Of a stretch of DNA of 64,000 nt, positions 11,317 through 20,294 are shown piece after piece. The stretch covers positions 6,210 to 70,209 of the forward strand of contig CAYVIW010000076.1 of assembly GCA_964451815.1 (NCBI GenBank). Direction: 5' to 3'. The stretch comes from an uncultured Planctomycetia bacterium. Lineage in GTDB: Bacteria > Omnitrophota > Gorgyraeia > Tantalellales > Tantalellaceae. Both the position numbers and the translations under genes were made by a program. A model generated the notes under the pieces. The model was not told the DNA's origin. It was given only the letters and a program-made list of their open reading frames with translations, and did no database searches. Position 1 is the stretch's first letter; each line of letters begins with the position of its first letter.

Positions 11317-12303
11317 TCATTCGTGATCCTCTTCTTTAGCTTCCCGCGTCATGAGTTCCTCTACCGCCAGCGCGGGCTCCTTACCCTCATATATGACCTC
11401 ATAGACTTTCCTGGTTATCGGCATTTCTACCGAATATTTCTTTGAAAGCTCAAACCCGGACATGGACGTAGCCATCCCTTCTACTACCATCTCCATCCCG
11501 GACATTATCTTTTCAATGCCGATGCCCCTGCCTACCTGTTCTCCGAACCACCTGTTTCGGCTATGGGAGCTTATGCATGTCGTAGCCAGGTCTCCCAGAC
11601 CGCTGAGACCCCGGAAAGTAGAGCTTTCGGCTCCCATCTTTACTCCCAGCCTCGTTATCTCCGCCAGTCCCCTGGTCAAAAGCCCGGCTTTGGAGTTGGT
11701 GCCGAATCCCATTCCGTCAGATATTCCAGCGGCTATAGCCACCACGTTCTTGAGTGCGCCGCCGATTTCCACGCCCTTAACGTCGGAAGACGTGTAAACA
11801 CGGAACGAACCAGTCATCAGCAGCCTTTGTATATCGTTCCTCACTCCCGTTGCCGAAGCTACAACAACAGTCGTAGGCATTCCCCTGGCTACTTCCCATG
11901 CTATACTTGGTCCCGAGAGCACGCTTATCTCATTTTGAGGGAAATGCTCCGCTAATATCTCGGACGGCCTTTTAAGGGATATTTTAGCAATGCCTTTTGT
12001 AGCGCTTATTATGTTCCCAAGATCGACATCTTTGAACCTTTGAGCCACACCGTTAAGATGTTCGCAGGGAACAACAAAAAATGTATGATCTGCCCCGTCA
12101 ATGTCGGAAACCTTTGAGGTAATAACAAGATCCGCCGGCAGAGATACACCCTTCAAAAACTTGATGTTTTCTCTTTGCTCTCTGATCTGATCGGCGTACT
12201 CCGGAAAAGCGCTCCACAAGATAACGTCTAACCCTTTTGAACGCATAAGGATAGACAATGCTGTGCCCCAACCGCCGTCGCCTATTACACATATCTTTCC
12301 CAT
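11317..12303 (-). CDS. gpsA: NAD(P)H-dependent glycerol-3-phosphate dehydrogenase
   Basis: GDGGWGTAL, ATKG, LSGPS, GALKNV, GLGDL..TC.S..SRN. Confidence 0.96.
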   Translation of the reverse strand: MGKICVIGDGGWGTALSILMRSKGLDVILWSAFPEYADQIREQRENIKFLKGVSLPADLVITSKVSDIDGADHTFFVVPCEHLNGVAQRFKDVDLGNIISATKGIAKISLKRPSEILAEHFPQNEISVLSGPSIAWEVARGMPTTVVVASATGVRNDIQRLLMTGSFRVYTSSDVKGVEIGGALKNVVAIAAGISDGMGFGTNSKAGLLTRGLAEITRLGVKMGAESSTFRGLSGLGDLATTCISSHSRNRWFGEQVGRGIGIEKIMSGMEMVVEGMATSMSGFELSKKYSVEMPITRKVYEVIYEGKEPALAVEELMTREAKEEDHE

Positions 12304-12316
12304 AACAGTTTAGGAG

Positions 12317-12345
12317 AGTTTATCATATATGATATTTATAGTCAA
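12317..12345 (-). promoter_or_regulatory. Sigma70-type promoter of gpsA
   Basis: TTGACT-N17-TAAACT with a TGn extension, 13 nt before the ATG. Confidence 0.65.
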
Positions 12346-12425
12346 TCAATATGAACGTGGAGTGTGTAACATATTGTAGGCACTTTCTTGATAATTTCAC
12401 CGCTTGGGTAGGATCAAGTTGACAA

Positions 12426-12506
12426 GGACAGGTGTGGGATCAAAATCGGGACAGTTGTGGGACTAGCACAGGGACAGGTGTAGGATCATTTTCAGAACCG
12501 TCCCTG
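12426..12506. repeat. Three imperfect direct repeats with 23-bp period plus an inverted partial copy
   Basis: GGACAGGTGTGGGATCA (12426), GGACAGTTGTGGGACTA (12449), GGACAGGTGTAGGATCA (12472). ACCGTCCCTG at 12497-12506 is inverted relative to CAGGGACAGGT. Confidence 0.8.
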
Positions 12507-12511
12507 TTTCC

Positions 12512-12555
12512 AAAAAGAAAAAGAGAGGACCAGCTACGCGCCGATCCTCTCTTTT
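12512..12555 (-). terminator. Intrinsic terminator (possibly bidirectional)
   Basis: 16-bp stem with G-U pairs on the minus strand, followed by TTTTTCTTTTT. Confidence 0.8.
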
Positions 12556-12629
12556 GGAGGTAAGGACTGCATAATCATGCAGCCTTCGGGAGTTATCGTC
12601 TGACAGCCAGCTCCATCAGAGCCAGCTGG
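12512..12629 (-). ncRNA. Candidate small RNA (three hairpins, last is an intrinsic terminator)
   Basis: Hairpins CAGCTGGCTC/GAGCTGGCTG, GGCTGCAT/ATGCAGTC, and AAAAGAGAGGATCGGC/GCTGGTCCTCTCTTTT plus U-tract. Promoter TTGCGG-N16-TATGAT at 12663-12636. Confidence 0.55.
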
Positions 12630-12702
12630 AATCTTATCATACTTATCTTTAAAAGAACCGCAAAGAACGTTATACAGTGGGGTGATCTGGTTTGCTTTTG
12701 TT

Positions 12703-13089
12703 TCATCGCTCTATCCCCCTGTCAGAAAGATCCATAACATTACCTTCAAGCTCTACCCTGAGCTCGTTCACATAAAATACACGGTAAGCCGCGTTTCCCC
12801 ACACCGCGAAGAATTCTCCCAGGACCTTGCATACTATCTTATTGGCCCCGGTCCGGGTGTCTATATTCCTGAGAACATGGCAATCTTTTTTTAAACCAGA
12901 CTTCTTTTGCCGCTCTATCCATTGTTTTAACTCTTTTACGTCTTCTGAGATGAATTTTTCACGGATATAATATTTACACACTCGCTTTTTATTTATCCGT
13001 GATTCCGTACGGTATACCGTCTCTTCCACGGATACCTCACGCTTTCTGGGGTTATGCCCGAGTATGTCGCGATGCACTATTCTTTTCAT
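12703..13089 (-). CDS. Hypothetical basic protein, 128 aa
   Basis: Fills the intergenic gap, AGGGG SD, own candidate promoter TTGCAA-N16-TATACT at 13188-13161. No motif recognised. Confidence 0.7.
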   Translation of the reverse strand: MKRIVHRDILGHNPRKREVSVEETVYRTESRINKKRVCKYYIREKFISEDVKELKQWIERQKKSGLKKDCHVLRNIDTRTGANKIVCKVLGEFFAVWGNAAYRVFYVNELRVELEGNVMDLSDRGIER

Positions 13090-13198
13090 CGTCCCCTACT
13101 TTTTAAATTGATTTAATAAGTTGCAATAAAAAAATTCCTTTCGGAACGACTAACACCTTTAGTATACTATATTGATGTGGATTTGCAAGTAAATTTTT

Positions 13199-13825
13199 TT
13201 AACTTTTTTTTACCTTAACTATCCTTTTCTCTTCGCCCTGAATAAGACGCTTTATATTCGACCTGTGCGAATATAGGCCAATGACGCACAAAATTGACAT
13301 AAATATAATATCAGTAAGGCTTTTTTGAAAAACAAGAGCCAAAACCGGTAAGGATGCCGCGGCAATTATGGACGCGAGAGAGACATACTTACCGATCATA
13401 AAGACCGCTACCCATATTATGAGTCCGGCAAGGAATATTCCGGGATATAAACCCGTCATAACTCCCGCGGTCGTAGCCACACCCTTGCCTCCCTTGAATC
13501 CCAGAAAACATGTCCATATATGTCCCGCTATCGCGGCCGAGGCGATAGCTATTATAAGTATGCCGCTTTCCGCCACAGGATCATCTGTCAGCATGCGTAC
13601 CACCTGAGGGAAGAGGGTCACCGGGATAAATCCCTTGATATAATCCAGCACAAGAACGATAATACCGGGTAATTTTCCAACGGTCCTGAAAACATTAGTG
13701 GCCCCAACGTTGCCGCTGCCATACTTTCTTATGTCTATGCCCTTCAGCATTTTTCCGAAAATATAAGCCGTTGGAATGGAACCTACTATGTATGCCGCGG
13801 CCACGGCCGCCAAAGCGAAGAACAT
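13199..13825 (-). CDS. plsY: Glycerol-3-phosphate acyltransferase PlsY
   Basis: GSIP, GSGNVGATN, GH..., FKGGKGVAT, HRSNIKRL. Confidence 0.96.
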   Translation of the reverse strand: MFFALAAVAAAYIVGSIPTAYIFGKMLKGIDIRKYGSGNVGATNVFRTVGKLPGIIVLVLDYIKGFIPVTLFPQVVRMLTDDPVAESGILIIAIASAAIAGHIWTCFLGFKGGKGVATTAGVMTGLYPGIFLAGLIIWVAVFMIGKYVSLASIIAAASLPVLALVFQKSLTDIIFMSILCVIGLYSHRSNIKRLIQGEEKRIVKVKKS

Positions 13826-13844
13826 CTATTGATCCCCCTGTTTG

Positions 13845-15200
13845 CTATTTCTTTACCTTTCTATCTTTTCGGGACTTTGATAGGATCACCTTTATCGGTA
13901 TACCCGCAAGAGGCAGGTGCGCCCGAAGCTGGTTCTCTATAAAACTCATATGGGACGGCAACACATTTGACGGCTCCGACACAAAATATTTAAATTCTAC
14001 CGGTCTGGTACGGTGCTGGACCACATAAAGAAAATTAGGCCTCCTGGCACGTCTCGGCACCGGAACATCCGACGGATCGGACTTCTCGAATATCCTGTTC
14101 AGAAAAGGAGTGGATGCCTTTACATCAAGATTCGCGTCCAATACCTTAGCCATCTGCAGGCAGTCCATGACGTTACCTCCCGTGAGGGAAGAGATAAAAG
14201 ACAAGGGATATCTAACAAGACGGCTCGAAGCGTAAAACAGGTTCTTGCGGTATTCCTCAACCGATATACCCCCCACCTCTTCCGCCAGGTCCCATTTATT
14301 GACCGCGATAAGACAGGCTTTGCCGGAGTCCTCCACAAAGGAAAGTATACCTAAGTCATCCCTGGTCACACCGTCCTGGGCGTCAAGGAGCAATATTACC
14401 ACATCACTCCTTTTTATGGACTCTCTGGACCTCATCATGCTGAAAGAATCCACCACGGCCTTTACTTTTCTGTCGTGCCGGATACCGGCGGTGTCGATCA
14501 GCACATACTCATCATCCTGGTATGAAAAATTCGTATCGATGGAATCTCTTGTCGTACCCGGTATATCGCTCACTATAACCCTGTCACGCGAGAGCATGGT
14601 GTTTATGAACGAGGATTTCCCAACATTGGGCCGCCCTATGACCGCTATTTTCAAACGGCGCGCGTCAGAGCGCTCTTCCCTCAGGTCGGTCTCTTTGACC
14701 TTCTCCAGGAGATGGTTCTTGAGCTTTCGTATGCCTCTCCGGTGCGCGCATGAAACGTTCTTTGGATCACCGAACCCGAGTTGATAGAACTCGCAGGCGT
14801 CCTGTCCCAAAGTGTCGTTATCGGTCTTATTGGCTACTACCATTACCTCTTCGCTGAACTTTCTGAGCAGGGAAGCCATCTCGATGTCCGCGCCGGTGAC
14901 ACCTTGTATGGAATCTACGACCATCAGAACAATGTCGGCCTCTTCCATGGCACCGTATATCTGATCCTTGACCTTCATCGAGATATCGTCCTTGTCGGCC
15001 GCGGCATACCCACCCGTGTCCACTATCTTAACAGACCGGCCTCCTATTTTTATTACGGCCTCAAGGCGATCCCTTGTAGTACCTGATTGTTCCACCACTA
15101 CAGCACGCCGTTCACCCACAAGACAGTTAAAAAGTGAAGACTTCCCGACATTGGGCCTGCCAACTATACATATCGCGGGTAACTTGTTATGCTTTTCCAT
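13845..15200 (-). CDS. der: Ribosome biogenesis GTPase Der (EngA)
   Basis: Two tandem G domains (GRPNVGKSS twice, GTTRD, DTGG/DTAG, NKxD). Confidence 0.95.
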   Translation of the reverse strand: MEKHNKLPAICIVGRPNVGKSSLFNCLVGERRAVVVEQSGTTRDRLEAVIKIGGRSVKIVDTGGYAAADKDDISMKVKDQIYGAMEEADIVLMVVDSIQGVTGADIEMASLLRKFSEEVMVVANKTDNDTLGQDACEFYQLGFGDPKNVSCAHRRGIRKLKNHLLEKVKETDLREERSDARRLKIAVIGRPNVGKSSFINTMLSRDRVIVSDIPGTTRDSIDTNFSYQDDEYVLIDTAGIRHDRKVKAVVDSFSMMRSRESIKRSDVVILLLDAQDGVTRDDLGILSFVEDSGKACLIAVNKWDLAEEVGGISVEEYRKNLFYASSRLVRYPLSFISSLTGGNVMDCLQMAKVLDANLDVKASTPFLNRIFEKSDPSDVPVPRRARRPNFLYVVQHRTRPVEFKYFVSEPSNVLPSHMSFIENQLRAHLPLAGIPIKVILSKSRKDRKVKK

Positions 15201-15720
15201 TTATCTGAGACGATCCTATCCTTATGTAGTCAATGCCCGATACAATGGTAAGAACAACCGCTGTGTTCCATATCCACTCGGAATGAACAAATTCTAAAAG
15301 CACCGCTACAATGGTGCACATCTGGAAGAACGTGGTGATCTTGCTGACAGCGGTAGGCTTTATCTTTATCCCGCCGTTATTCAGATAGATAATAAGCGCC
15401 CCTAACACTATTATCACGTCCCTTGATATTATAATTACCGGGACATAAGCCGGCATTCTCAAGTGGTCCGGAAGCCCCGCGACAAGACTGAGGCTGACAA
15501 AGGCACTGAGGATAAGGATCTTGTCCGCTATCGGATCCATGATGGCGCCCAGTCTTGTCCTTTCGTTCCGAACCCTCGCAATGTAACCGTCAAGCGCGTC
15601 AGTTAAGGCCGCTACTACAAAAACGGCAAGCGCTATGTCCAGTTTATAATACAGTACGCTCGCCACAAAAACGGGCACAAGAATTATACGGATCACTGTT
15701 AGCCTATTCGCCCAATTCAT
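15187..15720 (-). CDS. pgsA: CDP-alcohol phosphatidyltransferase (PgsA-like)
   Basis: ANRLT, DALDGYIAR...TRLGAIMDPIADK. Confidence 0.85.
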   Translation of the reverse strand: MNWANRLTVIRIILVPVFVASVLYYKLDIALAVFVVAALTDALDGYIARVRNERTRLGAIMDPIADKILILSAFVSLSLVAGLPDHLRMPAYVPVIIISRDVIIVLGALIIYLNNGGIKIKPTAVSKITTFFQMCTIVAVLLEFVHSEWIWNTAVVLTIVSGIDYIRIGSSQINGKA

Positions 15721-16310
15721 GTCTGATCCCCTATTAATTTTATCCGGCTCGGGGGCCAGTGTATAACAAAGGCCCGACCGACCAGATTGCTGTCAGGGAC
15801 AAAGCCCCAGTACCTGGAATCCATGGAATTGGCGCTATTATCACCAAGCGCGTAAAAGCTGCCTTCCGGGACATACACCACGCTATCCTCCGCCCCGTAT
15901 TCCCCCCTGTTGTAATAGAAAAATTTACGTACCGGGCCTTCTTCGACCGGTCTTCCGTCTATGAATATATCTCCGTCGGATATCTCCACCGAAGAGCCTC
16001 CGCCTGCCACAAAACGCTTTACAAGATATTTTTTCTTCTCCGTGGGCGAAAGGAACACAACGATATCTCCTGTTCTGGGCTCTCTAAGATCGGGGAGCCT
16101 GATGCCGGTAAATGGTATTTTGGCCCCATAAACGAATTTATTGACGAATATCCTGTCCCCCGGTTTGAACGTAGGGTACATCGAGTTAGATGGTATCTTG
16201 AACGGCTGCGCGATAAAGGTGCGGATGAACATGGCCAGTACGGCAGCTATCAATATGGGTTTTATCCATTCTTCCCACCAGTATTTCCAGCTGGTCATAT
16301 GAGACTTCAT
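15717..16310 (-). CDS. lepB: Signal peptidase I
   Basis: IPSNSMYPT, LVKR, GDNSANSMDSRYWG. Start ATG 16310 overlaps the lepA stop (ATGA). Confidence 0.94.
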   Translation of the reverse strand: MKSHMTSWKYWWEEWIKPILIAAVLAMFIRTFIAQPFKIPSNSMYPTFKPGDRIFVNKFVYGAKIPFTGIRLPDLREPRTGDIVVFLSPTEKKKYLVKRFVAGGGSSVEISDGDIFIDGRPVEEGPVRKFFYYNRGEYGAEDSVVYVPEGSFYALGDNSANSMDSRYWGFVPDSNLVGRAFVIHWPPSRIKLIGDQT

Positions 16311-18103
16311 GAAACCCTCATCGCTTTTAGAAAAGCCTCTTTCGGCACGTCCACCTTGCCTATTCTTCTCATCTTCTTTTTCCCTTCTTTTTGTTTTTCC
16401 CAAAGTTTTCTCTTACGCGTTATATCTCCTCCATAACACTTGCCGGTAACATGTTTTTTTAGAGCTGTTACGTTCTCCCTCGCGATAATATCGCCTCCGA
16501 CCGCGGCCTGTATAGCTATTTTGAACATATGCTTGGGTATAGTCTCCTTGAGCTTCTGCACAAGCTCTATACCTATCCTCCGGGCCTTGTCCCTGTGAAC
16601 TATCGTAGAGAGCGCGTCGCAAGAAACCCCGTTTATGAGTATATCCAGTTTGACGATACTGGACTTCCTGTAGCCTGTTATTTCATAATCCAGGGAACCG
16701 TACCCCTGTGTGGATGATTTTATCTTATCGTAAAAATCCACGATTATTTCGGAAAGAGGGATGTTGTAAGTAAGCTGCACTTTTTTAGGATCAAGATATT
16801 TGGTGCTAACAAAATCTCCCCGTTTCTCCTCGCATAACTTCATCAACGCGCCTATGTTATCTGAAGGGGCAAAGATGTAGCACCTTACAAAAGGCTCCTC
16901 GACACTCTCTATCCTCTCTTTTTCGGGATATTTTGTGGGATTATCCACCTCTATAACCTCGCCGGCGGACAAAGTCACCTTATAATTTACGCTGGGCGAC
17001 GAAGCGATGAGATCCAGAGAAAATTCCCTCTCAAGGCGCTCCTGCACTATTTCCATGTGAAGAAGGCCCAGAAAGCCGCACCTGAAACCGAATCCCAGTG
17101 CGGCGGACGTCTCCGCCTCATACATAAAGGAAGAGTCCGACAGCCTGAGCTTTTCCATGGCGCTTTTAAGGTCTTCATAATCCTCATTACTTACAGGATA
17201 TATCCCACTGAAGACCATCGGTTTTACCTGTTTATACCCGGGCAGGGGTTTCGTCGCGGGGCGTTCCACTTCCGTTACGGTGTCCCCCACAACGACCTCC
17301 CTGGCTTCCTTTATGTTACAGACCATATACCCTACCTGCCCGCACTCGAGGCTATCCATAGTAAACTCCCGAGGAGTAAAAACACCTACTTCCTTGACAT
17401 CATATCTGGCGTGCTTATTCATCATTTCTATCTGCATCCCGGAACTTATGCGCCCGTTCATTATCCTTATGTAAACTATGACTCCCCTGTATATATCGTA
17501 AGATGAATCAAAGATAAGGGCCTGAAGCGGAGAATCGGCGCTGCCTACGGGAGGATCTATCTCTCTGACTATCCTTTCAAGAAGTCCCGGAATACCCGTT
17601 CCGGCCTTGGCGCTTATGAGAGCTATGTCGTCATCACCGCTTCCCAGCATATCGTGTATCTGTCCCTTTACCTCATCGACACGGGAGCTCTTGAGATCTA
17701 TTTTGTTTATCACAGGTATTATTTTAAGATCGTGTTCCATGGCCAGGTAAAGGTTCGCCATGGTCTGCGCCTCAACGCCCTGTACCGCATCAACAACAAG
17801 AAGAGCGCCTTCACAGGCGGCTATGGACTTGGAGACTTCATATGAAAAATCCACATGCCCGGGTGTATCTATCAAGTTCAAAAGATATGTCTGACCGTCA
17901 TCGGCCGGGTACATTATGCGTATGGCGCTGGATTTTATGGTTATACCACGCTCCCGCTCCAGGTCCATGGAATCGAGAAGCTGATCCCTGAAAGCCCTGC
18001 CATCAACGGTTCCGGTGAGCTGTATCATTCTGTCGGCCAGAGTTGACTTTCCGTGGTCTATATGAGCTATTATGCAAAAGTTGCGTATTTTGGACTGGTC
18101 CAT
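16307..18103 (-). CDS. lepA: Elongation factor 4
   Basis: IAHIDHGKSTLAD, DTPGHVDF, GFRCGFLGLLH, KCYGGDITRKRKL. Confidence 0.98.
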   Translation of the reverse strand: MDQSKIRNFCIIAHIDHGKSTLADRMIQLTGTVDGRAFRDQLLDSMDLERERGITIKSSAIRIMYPADDGQTYLLNLIDTPGHVDFSYEVSKSIAACEGALLVVDAVQGVEAQTMANLYLAMEHDLKIIPVINKIDLKSSRVDEVKGQIHDMLGSGDDDIALISAKAGTGIPGLLERIVREIDPPVGSADSPLQALIFDSSYDIYRGVIVYIRIMNGRISSGMQIEMMNKHARYDVKEVGVFTPREFTMDSLECGQVGYMVCNIKEAREVVVGDTVTEVERPATKPLPGYKQVKPMVFSGIYPVSNEDYEDLKSAMEKLRLSDSSFMYEAETSAALGFGFRCGFLGLLHMEIVQERLEREFSLDLIASSPSVNYKVTLSAGEVIEVDNPTKYPEKERIESVEEPFVRCYIFAPSDNIGALMKLCEEKRGDFVSTKYLDPKKVQLTYNIPLSEIIVDFYDKIKSSTQGYGSLDYEITGYRKSSIVKLDILINGVSCDALSTIVHRDKARRIGIELVQKLKETIPKHMFKIAIQAAVGGDIIARENVTALKKHVTGKCYGGDITRKRKLWEKQKEGKKKMRRIGKVDVPKEAFLKAMRVS

Positions 18104-18128
18104 TATATCACGTTCCCCGAACTTGGTT

Positions 18129-19562
18129 TCACGCTTTTCCCATCAGCCTGGAAGCGTATTTTTTGCCGAATTCTATATATTCCAGGGACCTCTTTCTGGA
18201 AGAGGTCTCACTGTATATCCTGAGCTTGGGCTCTGTACCCGACAGTCTCACCAGGAGCCAGCTGCCGTCCTCACATATAAACTTGGTCCCATCAGCGTCA
18301 TTTATACTGACCACTTCTTTATCCAGCACTTTTTTAAGAGGCTCTTTTTTGAGACCGCTGAGCAGCTTCTTCCGCTTGGATCCATCGAACAGCATATCGT
18401 TCCTCTCATAGACGAATTTACCGTACTTTCTGTCCAGCTCTTTTATTATCTCAGAAAGTTTATTTTTCCCGGCCGCCAGCAGCTCCATCACAAGAACAGC
18501 CGACATAAAACCGTCCCGGTCAGGAATATATCCTTTGAAAGTTATTCCCCCGGTCTCCTCACCACCGATCAATATGTCCTTTTCTCTCATAATATCGCAG
18601 ATATACTTGAACCCGACCGGGGTCTCGTAGGTATCAAGCCCGTATTCTTCGGCCATCTTTGTTATGAGGCCCGTACCGCATATGGTCTGGACTACCCCTC
18701 CCCGCATCTTCCTGTTACTGAAAAGATGCAGCAGCAGTATCGCCATAAGTTTGTGACCTGTAAGGACCTCTCCCTTCTCATCTACCACCGCTAGCCTGTC
18801 CGAATCCCCATCGGTAGCTATCCCGAGATCGTATTTTCCTTTCTTGACCTTATCCCTGAGCTGGGCAAGATTTTTCTCGTTGGGTTCGGGGGCTCTTCCG
18901 TTGAAACCCGGGTTGATATCGTCATAAATAAAATCCAGTTTAATTCCCGTTCCCTTAAGTATCTCTTCAAGGTGCCTCTGACCTGTTCCGTTCATCGAGT
19001 CCACAAGCACCTTGAGTCTGGCCTTTTTAAGGAGTTCTTTATCGGCGTACTTTTTGATGACCGCGATCTGATCCTTTACGAGATCCGCCTTAACTACAAG
19101 CTTCTTTTTAACAGCTTCGTCGAACGGCATCTTTTTTACGGGAGACCTTTCAAGTCCTTCCTCTATCTTGTCGATAATATCATTATTGGCGGATCCGGCG
19201 AAAAAACCCTTGTACTTTATACCATTATAGGCATAGGGATTGTGACTGGAAGTTATTATTACGCCGCCGGTAAGTTTTTTTTGATCGATGTATATACACA
19301 CCGAAGGGGTAGTGCTGTATCCGTCCCCAAAAACCACCTTTAGGCCGTTAGCGGCAAGTACCCCGGCGACGGTCTGGGCGTATTCCTTTGAAAGGAACCT
19401 GGTATCGTAACCTACCACAAGTTTCTTTTTCTTGTATATGGAACCTTTCTGGGATTTTACGAAATCAGCAATTGACTGCGCCACTATCTCAACATTTTTG
19501 AAAGTGAATTCCTTGCTTATTATCGCTCTCCACCCATCTGTACCGAACTTTATCTCAGACAT
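18129..19562 (-). CDS. Phosphoglucomutase/phosphomannomutase family protein
   Basis: FGTDGWR, TSSHNP, DGDSDR, GEETGG, RLSGTEP. Confidence 0.92.
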   Translation of the reverse strand: MSEIKFGTDGWRAIISKEFTFKNVEIVAQSIADFVKSQKGSIYKKKKLVVGYDTRFLSKEYAQTVAGVLAANGLKVVFGDGYSTTPSVCIYIDQKKLTGGVIITSSHNPYAYNGIKYKGFFAGSANNDIIDKIEEGLERSPVKKMPFDEAVKKKLVVKADLVKDQIAVIKKYADKELLKKARLKVLVDSMNGTGQRHLEEILKGTGIKLDFIYDDINPGFNGRAPEPNEKNLAQLRDKVKKGKYDLGIATDGDSDRLAVVDEKGEVLTGHKLMAILLLHLFSNRKMRGGVVQTICGTGLITKMAEEYGLDTYETPVGFKYICDIMREKDILIGGEETGGITFKGYIPDRDGFMSAVLVMELLAAGKNKLSEIIKELDRKYGKFVYERNDMLFDGSKRKKLLSGLKKEPLKKVLDKEVVSINDADGTKFICEDGSWLLVRLSGTEPKLRIYSETSSRKRSLEYIEFGKKYASRLMGKA

Positions 19563-19580
19563 AAAACACCCTCCTGTTCA

Positions 19581-20243
19581 TTATCGTTTGTCTTGCTGCC
19601 GCGCCCCGCGAAGAGCGTTTATCGCTTCGGTATAGTCTTTCTCGCCAAAGACCGCTGTGCCCGCCACAAGAACATCAGCTCCCGCGTCCAGAACCCCACC
19701 AGCCGTCTTAGCGCTTATACCCCCATCTACCTGGATATGCCCTTTGAATTTCTTCCTTAACATCTCTATTTTGGGTATAATATGCGCCATAAATGACTGC
19801 CCACCGAAACCGGGTTCAACAGTCATCACAAGCACCATGTCTACCTGGTCCAGGACAGCCTCGAGCGCCGAAATATCCGTACCGGGTTTTATCGATACAC
19901 CTGCTTTTTTACCTCTGGTCTTTATTCTTTTTATTGTCTCAAGCGGCCTGTCACAGGCCTCGATATGAAATGTGATCATATCGCCACCGGCTATAGCAAA
20001 GCTATCGATATAACGCAAAGGATCGGTTATCATAAGATGCACGTCCACAAAAAGAGAGGTCACCGGCCGTATGGCCCTGACCACAAGAGGCCCTATTGTT
20101 ATATTGGGGACAAAAACACCGTCCATTACGTCCACATGGACCCAATCGGCCCCGGCCTTTTCCACCGCTTTTATTTCCTCTCCCAAACAACTGAAATCAG
20201 CGGACAATATACTCGGGGCGATAAGGACCTTATTTCCTCTCAT
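19581..20243 (-). CDS. rpe: Ribulose-phosphate 3-epimerase
   Basis: APSILSAD, HVDVMDG, DVHLM, MTVEPGFGGQ, VDGG. Probable start ATG 20243. Confidence 0.96.
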   Translation of the reverse strand: MRGNKVLIAPSILSADFSCLGEEIKAVEKAGADWVHVDVMDGVFVPNITIGPLVVRAIRPVTSLFVDVHLMITDPLRYIDSFAIAGGDMITFHIEACDRPLETIKRIKTRGKKAGVSIKPGTDISALEAVLDQVDMVLVMTVEPGFGGQSFMAHIIPKIEMLRKKFKGHIQVDGGISAKTAGGVLDAGADVLVAGTAVFGEKDYTEAINALRGARQQDKR

Positions 20244-20294
20244 ACCTGTCTCCTTATATTCCTGTTTTTCCTTTTGCCGGATCCGCGCCGGCAC

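Noticed and set aside
12426-12488. Mini CRISPR array
   Set aside because: 17-bp repeats with 6-bp spacers are far too short, and no cas genes are present.
12588-12620. Fluoride riboswitch resemblance (GATGGAG...GATAACTCC)
   Set aside because: Loop length is wrong, the second stem and conserved linker are missing, and no fluoride-related gene is downstream.
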